Shown here: positions 1-9,580 of the stretch, one piece after another
Position numbering within the stretch: the stretch's first letter is position 1
How the letters are laid out: each line of letters starts with the position of its first letter
IMG/VR virus record: IMGVR_UViG_3300006217_001617
DNA length: 20,000 nt
Strand: one strand, 5' to 3'
From: an uncultured virus (IMG/VR IMGVR_UViG_3300006217_001617)
Lineage: Duplodnaviria; Heunggongvirae; Uroviricota; Caudoviricetes
The notes under the pieces: model-generated
Seen by the model: the letters and a program-made list of their open reading frames with translations, nothing else
Database searches by the model: none
What the model was told of the DNA's origin: nothing
Position numbers and translations under genes: made by a program

Positions 1-3000
1 ATTTGTGAACGTCAGAACCTGCATATCGTTGGCTTCGATTACCACCGTCTGCGGCGGAGCATCCAGCACATAATTGTCCAGAGTTTTTGTCTCCGTAACG
101 GTATATGCACCTGGCTTTAGCTTGTTGATGACGAATTCCCCGTTCTCGTCGGTGCGATAAATGCCGTTTGAAGAGGTCTGCCCTTCGTTATTCGGGACAA
201 ATTCACCGCTTGCAGTCGTTACTTTGAATTCCACGCCTTCGAGCGGTTCGCCGGTTTGGCTGTCCTTCTTAACGACAACCAGATTTCCCTTCGGCTGATT
301 GAACAGCTCAAGGACGTAGGTCTGGTGATCCTTAATCGTGATTACCTGTGGGCTGTCGTCCAGAAGGTAACCCGGTTTTGCTTTCACTTCCTTGACTATA
401 TAGCTTCCTTGAGCAAGATCTGTCAGCGTGATATAGCCATTTTCATCGGTTCGATACTGGCTGTTCGTCGTGCCGACAACTGTACCATCCGCGTGAGTAA
501 TTTCAAAGATCACATCCGAAAGCGGCTCTTTCGTGACGGAATCCATTTTCTTAATCAGGAGTCCGCCAAGCGGCTTATTTTCGAATGTCAGCTTGCGGGT
601 TTTCCCGGCTTCGACGTTTACGATCTGCGCGGTACTATCCAGCTGATAGCCGTCCTTCGCCTGCTTTTCAATAATCGTATAATCGCCACTCGTAATGTGG
701 TCAATTTGAATCAGACCGTTTCCATCCGTCGTGTAGATATCGGCGGGATAGGCGTTTCCGTTGCAGCCGCGCACCTCGAATTTCACGCCGGAAAGCGGTG
801 CTTTCGTAACACTATCGACCTTTTCAATGACGAGACAGCCCTTCTTCGTGTTCGTAAACGTCAGGAGCTGCATATCGTTTTCTTCAACTACAACCGTCTG
901 CGGAGTGGTGTCCAGCATGTAGTCGTCCAGCGTGCGCACCTCCGTCACGACATATGCGCCCGGTTTTAACTTGGAAACAACGATTTCGCCATTAGAATCG
1001 GTACGGTAAATGCCGTTTGTCGAAGTCATGCCGCCATTATTCGGCACAAGTTCGCCGTTTGCAGTCGTGATTTTGAACTCAACACCTTCCAACGGCTCGC
1101 CGGTCTGTGCGTCCTTTTTGACGATAACCAGCGCCCCTTTCGGTTTGTTAAAAAACTCAAGCGTATACGTCTTATGGTCGCGAATTTCAATGGTTTTCGG
1201 CGTATTATCGACCAGATAGCCTGGTTTTGCCTGCACTTCCTGCACCGTGTAGCTCCCCGGCGCAAGCTCCGGAATCGAAATGAAACCGCGCTCGTCGGTG
1301 CGGTACTCGCCGTTCGACTCGCCAACAACGGAACCGTCCGTGCGCGTGACCTTAAAAATCACCTCGCTGAGCGGTTCCTTCGTGACGGAATCCATCTTTT
1401 TGATGAGAAGTCCGCCAAGCGGCTTGTTTTCGATGGTGACTTCCTTGGTTTTTCCAGCTGTAACGTTGACCGTGCGGGGACTGCTGTCCAGCTGGTAGCC
1501 GTCTTTCGTCTGCGTTTCAACAATCACATAGTCGCCGCTTGGAATGTGGTCGAGCCGGATCAGTCCGTGGCTGTCGGTCGTGACGGTTTCCTCAGCATAA
1601 GCGTTGCCATTGCTGCCCCTGATTTCAAAGCGGACACCGGAAATCGGCTCATGCGTGACGCTGTCCACTTTGGAGATAACAAGTGATCCTTTCCTAGTAT
1701 TTGTGAAAGTCAGCGTCTGAACATCGTTTGGCTTCACGGCAACCGTCTGCGGCGGCGCGTCCAGCACATAATCGGGAAGGGTTTTAACTTCAGAAACGAT
1801 ATATGTGTCCGGTTTCAGCTTGGAAATGAAGATTTCGCCTTTAGAATCCGTCCGGTAGATACCGTTTGAGGTGATCAGACCCTCGTTGCTGTCCACAACC
1901 TCACCGGTCGAAGTCGTTACCTTGAACTCGACGCCTTCCAGCGGTTCTCCTGTTTGACTGTCCTTTTTGACAATCAGAAGTCCGCTTTTCGGCTGGTTCA
2001 CGACCTCTAAAACGTAGGTTTGGTGATCCTTGATAGTTACCGTTTTCGGCGTGTCGTCAAGCAAAAATCCAGATTTCGCCTGCACCTCTTTAACGATGTA
2101 TGTGCCAGGTTCAAGATCGGGAATTGAGATATAGCCTTCGGAATTCGTCCTGAACTGCCCGTTGGAAATGCCAATCGAGGTTCCGTCCGCATGGGTCACG
2201 CTGAACAACACGTCGGGGATCGGTTCCTTCGTCGTCGCCGACATCTTTTTGATCAGCAGACCACCGAGCGGTTCGTTCTCAAAAGTTATCTCTTTGCAAG
2301 CTCCCGCTTCGACCTTTACGATCTGCGCGGTATCATCCAAACAGTAGCCGTCCTTTGCCTGCGTTTCCACGATGGAATAACATCCGCTGGGAATATGCGC
2401 CAGCTTGAACGTACCGTTTGAGTCCGTTGTGTAGGTTCCTGCGGGGTAATCGCAGCCGTTACAGCCTTTAACCTCGAACTGCACGCCGGAAAGCGGTGCA
2501 TGGGTTACGCTGTCAATTTTCTTGACTAAAAGACAGCCCTTCGGCGTGTTCGTGAAGGTGATTGTCTGGGTGTCGTTTGCGTTGACAACCACCGTTTGCG
2601 GCGCTGCATCCAGCACATAATCCGGAAGTGTTTTCGTTTCAGTAATAATATATGTGCTGGGTTTTAATTTTGAAATTTCGATAACGCCGTTCGAGTCGGT
2701 CTTGTAGATACCGTTCGAGGACGTTACGCCCTCGTTGCTGTCTACTACTTCGCCGGTCGAAGTCGTTATCTTAAACTCAACGCCTTTCAAAGGTTCTCCC
2801 GTAATGCTGTCTTTTTTAATAACGACGAGACCGCCTTTCGGCTGGTTGAAAAATTCGAGGGAATAGGTGCGGTGGTCCTTAATCTCGATGTGCTTCGGCG
2901 TATCGTCGAGCAAAAATCCGGGCTTTGCCTTGACTTCTTGCACCACATAACCTCCCGGTTCCAAATCGGGAATCATGATGAAACCTCGCTCATCCGTCCG

Positions 3001-3960
3001 ATATTCGCCGTTGGAAGTCCCGACGACCGTGCCGTCCGTTCTGGTAACCTTGAAAATCACATCGGAAAGCGGCTCCTTGGTCACGGAATTCATCTTTTTC
3101 AGCAGAAGTCCGCCTAAAGGCTCGTTTTCGATGGTAATTTTTGCGGTTTTACCGGCTTCGACCTTCGCAACACGGCTGTTGTTCTCAAAGCGATAACCGT
3201 CCGGCGCACGCTTCTCCTCAATCGTGTAGTCGCCGCTGGTCAGGTCTTGCAGAAGGATTTGACCGCTGCTGTTGGTTGTGAACGAAGTCGCGGGAAAGTT
3301 GCTGCCCTTGATTTCAAAAGTTGCGCCCTGAAGTGGGCTGCGCGTCACGCTGTCGATTTTTTCAATCAGCAGCTTACCCTTCGGCGTGTTCAAAAAAGTC
3401 AGCGTTTGTGCATCGTTTGCCGACACAACAACGGTCTGGGAAGCTGTATCAAGTTCGTATCCGTCGACTGTCTTTGTTTCGGAAACGATATATGTCCCTG
3501 GAGTGAGCTTCAAAAGCACAATCTGGCCGTTTGCATTGGTTTTATACATTCCATTTGTGCTTGTAAGCCCTTCATTGTCAGGGACAAGTTCGCCGCTGGC
3601 AGTCGTGATTTTGAATTCGGCACCCGGCAGGGGCTTTCCCGTAATGCTGTCTTTTTTGACAACAATCAGGCTTCCCTTCGGTTGGTTCCGAAATTCGAGT
3701 GTCATTGTCTCGTTAGCCTTGATTTTAATCGTCTGCGGCACGTCGTCGAGGACATATCCGGAACGTGTGCGGGTTTCCTTCGCGATCACGGTCATGCCGG
3801 GTTCGAGACCGTCAACATGGATCGTGCCGGAGCTGTCGGTCACATACTTGCCATTTGAGTTTCCGATCACATTGCCGTCGCTGCCGGTCAGCTGAAACTC
3901 AACATCAGACAGCGGCTTACCGGTCGCAGCGTCTTTCTTGACGATGAGCAGGCTGCCCTT
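1..3960 (-). repeat. Higher-order tandem repeat: 849-nt (283-aa) unit of three SpaA/CnaB domains, about 4.5 copies in the window
   Basis: Equivalent codon of the '(K/R)DH(Q/K/R)TY' motif at 322, 1171, 2020 and 2869 (exact 849-nt period) and at 3709 (840 nt). Copies are diverged at the nucleotide level. Confidence 0.88.
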
Positions 3961-6900
3961 TTTATCGTTTCCAAAAGTTATGGTAATGACATCCTGCTCT
4001 TTGCCAGAAAGGTACACCGTCTGCGCGGAATCGTTGATGACATAGCCTTCCGGCGCGGAAACCTCCTCGATCACATAAGTACCAGCTTTTAAACCGGTTT
4101 TTACAATCGTGCCGTTGCTGCTGGTCATATACTCGCCGATGGTCGTGCCGCCTGTACCAGAAGTGCCGCCGAGGTAGCGAATACGAAACCACGCACCCTC
4201 CAAAACTTTTCCAGAATCTGCATCGACCTTCTTAATGACAATCGCACTCAGCGGAACATTTTCAAAGGTGAAGGTCTTGTGGCCACCTGCCTTGATGTAG
4301 GCTTCCTGCGTCGCGGGCTGCTTGATGGAATAGCCTGCGGGCGCTTCCAGCTCGGTGACTTTGTACCAGCCATCCTGCACCTTATCGAGCTTAATCTGTC
4401 CGTTTGCGTCTGTAAAATAGTCGCCAAGGTCATTGATTTCGCCCGTTGCGGTATTGTTGCTGGCATAGGTGATGTGGAACTTTGCACCCTTTAACGGGTC
4501 GCCGGTCACGCTGTCTACCTTCTGAATCAGGAGCGAAGGCTTCGGATAATTGTAGAAGCGAACAATCCCTGTTTCGTTCGGAACAAGCGTAATCAGCTGC
4601 GGTTTTTCATCAATCAGGTAGCCTTCTGGGACTTTCTTTTCGCTCACCTGATATACCCCAGGTTTCAAATCATTGACTGTAACGGTTCCGTCCGCGCCCG
4701 TAATAACTGTCGTAAGCGTTGACGAGTCTGCTTCGTTAATCGTGAAGGTTACGCCGGGGAGCGGCTTGCCTGTAACCGCATCCGTTTTTACAATCTTTAG
4801 ATTAGGCTTTCGGTAGTTGTTGACAACCAGCTTCGAGCCTTTTCCGGGGAACAGTTCAACGTGGTACTCGAGCGTGTTTTTTACATAGTGGGCAGGCTCG
4901 GCCTGCTCGACTACGGTGTAAACGCCCGGCTCCAGATTCTCAATCAGAATACGGCCATTTTCATCCGTTACCCGGTCAAGATAGTGCGTTCCGTCCTCAA
5001 TCTTCGCAATTTTGAAAGTCGCTCCGGGGATGTAAACATCGTTATCCGGGTCGTATTTCAGAATTTCCAGCCACGGTTTTTTCGTGTTTGTGAACACAAA
5101 ACGCGCAGTTTCATCTGGATTCAGTTGGATAGTCCGGACGGCATCATCGATCAGATAGCCGTCGATAGTCAACAGCTCCCGCACCTGATATGCGCCCGGT
5201 TCCAGCTTGGAAAGATCAATCTCGCCCTTTGCATCGGTGGTATATTCTTTTGAGAACGTGCCGCCAATCTGCGATATCAAAAACTTGACATTCGGCATGG
5301 GCTTAAGGCTTTCGGAATCGATTTTGACGAGGTACATACCGGGCTTCAGCTGATTCATGAACACAAGCTCCGGCACCTCAGTCTGGCCGACCTGCAGCTC
5401 GATCTGTTGTGGCGTAGAATTTACCACATGCTCCGCATCGGACGCAACCTCTTTTACCATGTAGGTTCCGGGCTTCAGTCCGGTCAGATTAATCTCGCCG
5501 TTCGTATCGGTCTGCTTGCGCCCAAGGGAAACAGCATTGCAAAAAATCTCAAATGTGATACCGGACAGCCGCTTATTGCTCTGCTGGTCAAACTTAATGA
5601 TTTTCAGCTTTAACTCTGCGTAATCCTTCATTTCAACCGGAATAATACGTTCTCCGGACGCCATTTCATTCGGGTTGATGTACTGCGTTACGATTTCGTC
5701 CGTCTTCAGGTAGCCCTCCGGAGCCTGCTTCTCTTTGAACGTGTACGTACCTTCAACCAATTCTGTAATTGTGAACGTGCCGTCTTCCTGCGTCTCATAG
5801 TCGCCGATCCGCTGGTTGTTGCGGCTAACCTCAATGATTGCACCCTTGAGGGTTTCACCAGTCACCGCGTCGCGCTTCACAAACAGAATTGAGGGTTTCC
5901 GGTGGTTCTGGAACGTCAGCGTAATTGGAGTCGCTTTGCCGTCCCAGGAGAAGGTTTGCACCGGATTCGGGTCTTTCTCGTAACCTGGAGGCGAGGTGAT
6001 TTCGGTTGCCTTCCAGCCACCCTTTTTGTCGGCGGGAAGCTCGATCGTTGCAAGCCCGTCGCCTAGCGTCGTGACCGTGCTCTTGAAGCCGGACTCGATG
6101 TGCTCGACTTCAATCGTGCAGTCCGCAAGAGTTTCGCCGGTGTCAGCATCGACCTTCTTAATAATCAGCTCGCCGGGTTCCTCCGGTTCGTCTGGGTCAT
6201 CAGGATCATCGGGATCGTCCGGGTCATCCGGGTCAGGAACATCGACATTTCCCCACTTGATAGGCAAATGATTTTCTGTATCCTGCCACTGCGGTCCGCT
6301 AATCAGGTATTTCTGATAATCTTCACTGTTTTCATAACCACTTGCACGGCCCACAAAAATTTCAAAGGATTCAACAGTCGCGGAAACGTCAACATTGAAA
6401 GCATAATCGGTTTCTGCTTCCGCCGCTTCTTTCGGTACCCAGACTTTCACAACTGAATAATATTCGGAGCCGTTCACGTTCGCATCGGTTGTCTGGACAA
6501 TCGGTTTTGTCGAAATCGGTGTGCCATTGTACGGCTCCGGATCGGCAGGGCTGGAATGGTTCTCATCCTTGACGATCTGGAGTAAAGTACCCGGAAGGTA
6601 ATCGGAAAGACCGATCTTTAATGCATTGCTCTGGCAGAATGAAGCCGACGCAGCCTTGATTTCCTGCGTGTAATATTCCTCACCATCGTGGGTTTCGGTT
6701 GCTTCCGCATTCAGCTCACTGCCGCTGCTGGGCGACCAGTCAATCACACCATTTTGAGAGTGTCCAGGGCCATGCCGCAGATACATTCCGACATAATAGT
6801 TATGATTGATGGTGTTGGCATAATTGAGCAGTGCCTTGACTGCCGCCATTACACGCGCACCTTCTGTACTGTGTGAGGATGAAATTTGAATTGCGTTGCC

Positions 6901-7407
6901 GCTGGTGAATGCCGTGCCGCTGACGCTCAGCTGACCAAGCGCCGCCCACATTGCGGTTTGGGTCGCATAGCGATATTCATCCTCTGTCAAATCACGGGGA
7001 ACAGCGGGAAACTGGTTCAGAAACGACTGTAAAGTGAGACGCCCGCTGCCGCGCATAATGACACCCACAGCTTTAGGGTTTTGCGTATAGCCGCTGCCCG
7101 CATCCAGCTTGTAGGTATGGCGGTTTGTAGAGGGTGCTACTTCATGAATGCCGTGTTTGCCGTGATTCATACAATATGCCTGGAATTTCTCCCCATTTTC
7201 GTCCGCGTAGCATTCGTGGATGGGCAAATTTACCCAGGAACCGCCCTTTTGCTCACGAAAATAACTTTGCTTGTCATTTTCAAAAACTAAGGTTACTGAG
7301 TCTCCGCCGGTGAATGCAGCCGCCTGCGGAAGCTCTCCCGCGAATGAGCTGAACACCGTTGCTGCCGCCAAAACAGAAGACAGCAGGCGCTTCAATTTGT
7401 GCTTCAT
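1..7407 (-). CDS. Giant surface adhesin: signal peptide + Cys-Gln thioester domain (TED/TQXA) + ~20 or more SpaA/CnaB isopeptide domains; 3' end outside the window (>=2469 aa)
   Basis: Translated by hand. RBS GAAAGGAG precedes ATG 7407; MKHKLKRLLSSVLAAATVFSSFAGELPQAAA signal peptide; AYCMN (Cys79, 7171-7173); ATQTAMW (Gln150); YQKYL (Gln365, 6313-6315); then repeated 'LLIVKKD..TG.PL.GVEF...PGTY.V.E...P.GY.LD....TF.N' domains. Frame is consistent at the points checked (6301, 3961, 2020, 322, 1). Confidence 0.93.
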   Translation of the reverse strand, partial: MKHKLKRLLSSVLAAATVFSSFAGELPQAAAFTGGDSVTLVFENDKQSYFREQKGGSWVNLPIHECYADENGEKFQAYCMNHGKHGIHEVAPSTNRHTYKLDAGSGYTQNPKAVGVIMRGSGRLTLQSFLNQFPAVPRDLTEDEYRYATQTAMWAALGQLSVSGTAFTSGNAIQISSSHSTEGARVMAAVKALLNYANTINHNYYVGMYLRHGPGHSQNGVIDWSPSSGSELNAEATETHDGEEYYTQEIKAASASFCQSNALKIGLSDYLPGTLLQIVKDENHSSPADPEPYNGTPISTKPIVQTTDANVNGSEYYSVVKVWVPKEAAEAETDYAFNVDVSATVESFEIFVGRASGYENSEDYQKYLISGPQWQDTENHLPIKWGNVDVPDPDDPDDPDDPDDPDEPEEPGELIIKKVDADTGETLADCTIEVEHIESGFKSTVTTLGDGLATIELPADKKGGWKATEITSPPGYEKDPNPVQTFSWDGKATPITLTFQNHRKPSILFVKRDAVTGETLKGAIIEVSRNNQRIGDYETQEDGTFTITELVEGTYTFKEKQAPEGYLKTDEIVTQYINPNEMASGERIIPVEMKDYAELKLKIIKFDQQSNKRLSGITFEIFCNAVSLGRKQTDTNGEINLTGLKPGTYMVKEVASDAEHVVNSTPQQIELQVGQTEVPELVFMNQLKPGMYLVKIDSESLKPMPNVKFLISQIGGTFSKEYTTDAKGEIDLSKLEPGAYQVRELLTIDGYLIDDAVRTIQLNPDETARFVFTNTKKPWLEILKYDPDNDVYIPGATFKIAKIEDGTHYLDRVTDENGRILIENLEPGVYTVVEQAEPAHYVKNTLEYHVELFPGKGSKLVVNNYRKPNLKIVKTDAVTGKPLPGVTFTINEADSSTLTTVITGADGTVTVNDLKPGVYQVSEKKVPEGYLIDEKPQLITLVPNETGIVRFYNYPKPSLLIQKVDSVTGDPLKGAKFHITYASNNTATGEINDLGDYFTDANGQIKLDKVQDGWYKVTELEAPAGYSIKQPATQEAYIKAGGHKTFTFENVPLSAIVIKKVDADSGKVLEGAWFRIRYLGGTSGTGGTTIGEYMTSSNGTIVKTGLKAGTYVIEEVSAPEGYVINDSAQTVYLSGKEQDVITITFGNDKKGSLLIVKKDAATGKPLSDVEFQLTGSDGNVIGNSNGKYVTDSSGTIHVDGLEPGMTVIAKETRTRSGYVLDDVPQTIKIKANETMTLEFRNQPKGSLIVVKKDSITGKPLPGAEFKITTASGELVPDNEGLTSTNGMYKTNANGQIVLLKLTPGTYIVSETKTVDGYELDTASQTVVVSANDAQTLTFLNTPKGKLLIEKIDSVTRSPLQGATFEIKGSNFPATSFTTNSSGQILLQDLTSGDYTIEEKRAPDGYRFENNSRVAKVEAGKTAKITIENEPLGGLLLKKMNSVTKEPLSDVIFKVTRTDGTVVGTSNGEYRTDERGFIMIPDLEPGGYVVQEVKAKPGFLLDDTPKHIEIKDHRTYSLEFFNQPKGGLVVIKKDSITGEPLKGVEFKITTSTGEVVDSNEGVTSSNGIYKTDSNGVIEISKLKPSTYIITETKTLPDYVLDAAPQTVVVNANDTQTITFTNTPKGCLLVKKIDSVTHAPLSGVQFEVKGCNGCDYPAGTYTTDSNGTFKLAHIPSGCYSIVETQAKDGYCLDDTAQIVKVEAGACKEITFENEPLGGLLIKKMSATTKEPIPDVLFSVTHADGTSIGISNGQFRTNSEGYISIPDLEPGTYIVKEVQAKSGFLLDDTPKTVTIKDHQTYVLEVVNQPKSGLLIVKKDSQTGEPLEGVEFKVTTSTGEVVDSNEGLITSNGIYRTDSKGEIFISKLKPDTYIVSEVKTLPDYVLDAPPQTVAVKPNDVQTLTFTNTRKGSLVISKVDSVTHEPISGVRFEIRGSNGNAYAEETVTTDSHGLIRLDHIPSGDYVIVETQTKDGYQLDSSPRTVNVTAGKTKEVTIENKPLGGLLIKKMDSVTKEPLSEVIFKVTRTDGSVVGESNGEYRTDERGFISIPELAPGSYTVQEVQAKPGYLVDNTPKTIEIRDHKTYTLEFFNKPKGALVIVKKDAQTGEPLEGVEFKITTANGELVPNNGGMTSTNGIYRTDSNGEIVVSKLKPGAYVVTEVRTLDDYMLDTTPQTVVVEENDMQLLTFTNTKKGCLVIEKVDSVTKAPLSGVKFEVRGCNGNAYPADIYTTDGNGLIQIDHITSGDYTIIEKQAKDGYQLDSTAQIVNVEAGKTRKLTFENKPLGGLLIKKMDSVTKEPLSDVIFEITHADGTVVGTTNSQYRTDENGYITLTDLAQGSYIVKEVKAKPGYLLDDSPQVITIKDHQTYVLELFNQPKGNLVVVKKDSQTGEPLEGVEFKVTTASGEFVPNNEGQTSSNGIYRTDENGEFVINKLKPGAYTVTETKTLDNYVLDAPPQTVVIEANDMQVLTFTN
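6175..6237 (-). repeat. Acidic Pro-Asp linker (PDPDDPDDPDDPDDPDEPEEP) between TED and the CnaB stalk
   Basis: Degenerate 9-nt repeats read directly from the sequence. Confidence 0.9.
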
Positions 7408-7434
7408 AAGCTCTCCTTTCTGAAAGTCGCGTAC

Positions 7435-7464
7435 AAAAAGCCACCGGATTTCTCCGATGGCCTT
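7435..7464 (-). terminator. Intrinsic terminator between the transglutaminase-like gene and the adhesin
   Basis: Minus-strand AAGGCCAUCGGA-GAAA-UCCGGUGGCUUUUU; GAAA tetraloop, G-U wobbles, U tract. Confidence 0.8.
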
Positions 7465-7481
7465 CTGTGCTATCTTTATAC

Positions 7482-8561
7482 TTACTTTGTTGAACCGGGT
7501 TGCAACACCTCCTTTACAAAGTTTATCTCATCGAGGCCGTCCGGTTTCATTTTCGGATGCTCCTGCTGAAACCAGTTGGCTTCGTTATGAGACGTGTCAT
7601 AGTGCGTCAAATCGACCGTCAGCCATTCGCCATCGCAGCAGACAATATTCCATGCGTGGTTGCCTGCGGCGCTGCCTACTGTCAGCACATCCAACCCTGC
7701 CGTGCGTCCCATCCTCTGGAATGCCGCCGCATATCCTGAGCAGACGGCCTTACCGCCGCTCTCCATCGCTTTGCTCCATGAGTTAATGTTTCTGTCGTAG
7801 GCATATTCTAACCGATCACAAATCGTTTCAGCAAGGTACTCGGCTCTTTCACGGTCGCTGCTGTATTCTTTTGCCGTTTCAATGATTTCTTGTATGTAAG
7901 GCCATTTCAAGTCATCATCGGTGCGCGGATAAGCGTACACATATGGGAAATTTTCCGTGATTTGATAGTTATAGGACACACCGCCAAGTTCGCTGCAAAT
8001 ATTTTTCATTTTCTCCGTTATGGCTGTTCCGCTGGGCAATCGCACTGCAAGCAGTTCGTCACCCACACGGAAATCCCGGTCGAAGGCTGCTGCCATTTCT
8101 TTTGCATTCAAGTATGCGTGCCGTGCGGAGTTATAGAACTCGCGCGGCAGGTCTGCGGTGAAAATTGCGGGGTTCGCATCCTGCGAGTAGTCCCTGCCGC
8201 CGTTCCGCGACGGCGGCGTTACGGTGGGCTGTGCGGGTGCTACAGCCGTAGGCTGGGGTGCTGTCGCAGTGATCGGGAGCGTCGCAACGGCGGGCCGTAC
8301 CGCCTGCTGTGCGCCGATGCTGATCTGCACACTGTCCGTTCTGGAGTCGTATTCCACTCCAAATCCAACTGCCTGTCCAATATCGCGAAGCCGCATGTAA
8401 TTGTTGCCCGAGATTGCGTATGCAGTGCAGTAGATTGGTCTGCCGTTCACATAAATGCTCTGCATGGACGGCTGCGCCATCAGCCCTGCGGCGGCTGCTC
8501 CTGTCCCTCCGAACGCGATTGCGCCTGTTACCATTCCGGCAATAAATTCCTTCTTCAACAT
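7482..8561 (-). CDS. Secreted transglutaminase-like (papain-fold) protein with N-terminal copper-amine-oxidase-N-like domain and Pro/Thr/Ala linker
   Basis: Signal peptide; 'YAISGNNYMRLRDIGQAVGFGVEYD'; catalytic triad motifs VCSGYA, HAWNIV, VDLT; RBS AGGAGG. Confidence 0.8.
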   Translation of the reverse strand: MLKKEFIAGMVTGAIAFGGTGAAAAGLMAQPSMQSIYVNGRPIYCTAYAISGNNYMRLRDIGQAVGFGVEYDSRTDSVQISIGAQQAVRPAVATLPITATAPQPTAVAPAQPTVTPPSRNGGRDYSQDANPAIFTADLPREFYNSARHAYLNAKEMAAAFDRDFRVGDELLAVRLPSGTAITEKMKNICSELGGVSYNYQITENFPYVYAYPRTDDDLKWPYIQEIIETAKEYSSDRERAEYLAETICDRLEYAYDRNINSWSKAMESGGKAVCSGYAAAFQRMGRTAGLDVLTVGSAAGNHAWNIVCCDGEWLTVDLTHYDTSHNEANWFQQEHPKMKPDGLDEINFVKEVLQPGSTK

Positions 8562-8610
8562 GATTTCGTCCTCCTTTTTTGATATCGTATCATAAGGTTT
8601 TTACAAGTAC

Positions 8611-8639
8611 ATGATACCGAAGAAAGCATCACAAGTCGA
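8611..8639 (-). promoter_or_regulatory. Putative sigma-A promoter for the transglutaminase-like gene
   Basis: TCGACT-17 nt-TATCAT on the minus strand. A 7-bp inverted repeat GTATCAT (8587-8593)/ATGATAC (8611-8617) overlaps the -10. Confidence 0.45.
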
Positions 8640-8689
8640 GAAGAATTAGTAGCCGGAATGGAGAAGTTCAGGGCAGAAAAGCAAGCATA

Positions 8690-9580
8690 CTACACAATTT
8701 CGGTACAGACAACACACCAGCGATAATCGCGCTCATCCTCCACGCAGGTGTAAAGGGTCAGCTTATTTTCTCGCGTGACGGCGAGGCCGCTGCGGTCGTC
8801 TTCGTCAACCTTTGAAACGGAGATCACCTTGTAAGAGCGCGTGCCGAGTTTCGTTTTCAAGGTGATTTCATCGCCAAGTTCCAATTTATGAAGCTTATTA
8901 AAGGGCTGTACCTTGCCGCGATTGTGTCCGGCAAGTGCAACATTGCCGCTCCAGATGCTGCTGTCCTTAAAGTGACCGACGCCTTTATGAAGCGTATCGC
9001 TGTCTGTTCCTTCGTAAATCTTGACTGAAAGGTCGATTGCCGGAATTTTCAGTGTGCCGAGGTGTCCGTTCGAGTAATACATATCCGAGGTCACTTTAGT
9101 GAAGCCACTGGAGGTATTCGGCTGCGTATTTGTAATGAAATTGGGGCCTGTCGTTGTCGAATTGCTGCCGGACGAAGTGATTCCATTGGAGGTCGTGCCG
9201 CCCCCAATCGAACCGGAACTGCCCGTCGAACCGATCACGCCGCCGCCCGCAGACGGAGGAAGAACAATCGCAGCATTCGAGCCGTTGATCGTGCCGTCGG
9301 AAGGCTGCATTCCCGGAACGAGATTTGGCGTGAGCCAACTGCCGGTATTCAGCGTGTTACTCGCGCCGCTGCCGAACAGCGGCGGAATCTTCGCGGCGTT
9401 TTTGCTGATATCCTCGTTTTTCCTCGCCCCGCCATCTGCGGTCTGCGGAACTTCAATCGAGGTCGGCTTGCCGTAGTTCGCACCTTCCGGTGCGTCAATA
9501 GAGTATTCGAGCGCTCCCGCAGACGGCGCAAGAGCCATCGTCAGGCAGGCGAAAAGTGCAAGAAACCTTATCTTTTTCAT
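8690..9580 (-). CDS. Sortase (class D-like) with N-terminal signal and long Gly/Ser/Thr linker
   Basis: 'GTLKIPAIDL..KIYEGT....L.KGVGH', 'GNVALAGHNRG', 'LTLYTC', downstream Arg: the His/Cys/Arg sortase triad. Confidence 0.9.
   Translation of the reverse strand: MKKIRFLALFACLTMALAPSAGALEYSIDAPEGANYGKPTSIEVPQTADGGARKNEDISKNAAKIPPLFGSGASNTLNTGSWLTPNLVPGMQPSDGTINGSNAAIVLPPSAGGGVIGSTGSSGSIGGGTTSNGITSSGSNSTTTGPNFITNTQPNTSSGFTKVTSDMYYSNGHLGTLKIPAIDLSVKIYEGTDSDTLHKGVGHFKDSSIWSGNVALAGHNRGKVQPFNKLHKLELGDEITLKTKLGTRSYKVISVSKVDEDDRSGLAVTRENKLTLYTCVEDERDYRWCVVCTEIV

Noticed and set aside
256..7290. Many plus-strand ORFs (e.g. 256-969, 1174-1686, 3247-3858) and short minus-strand ORFs in other frames
   Set aside because: They are shadows of the giant minus-strand adhesin; their mutual similarity just mirrors its repeats.
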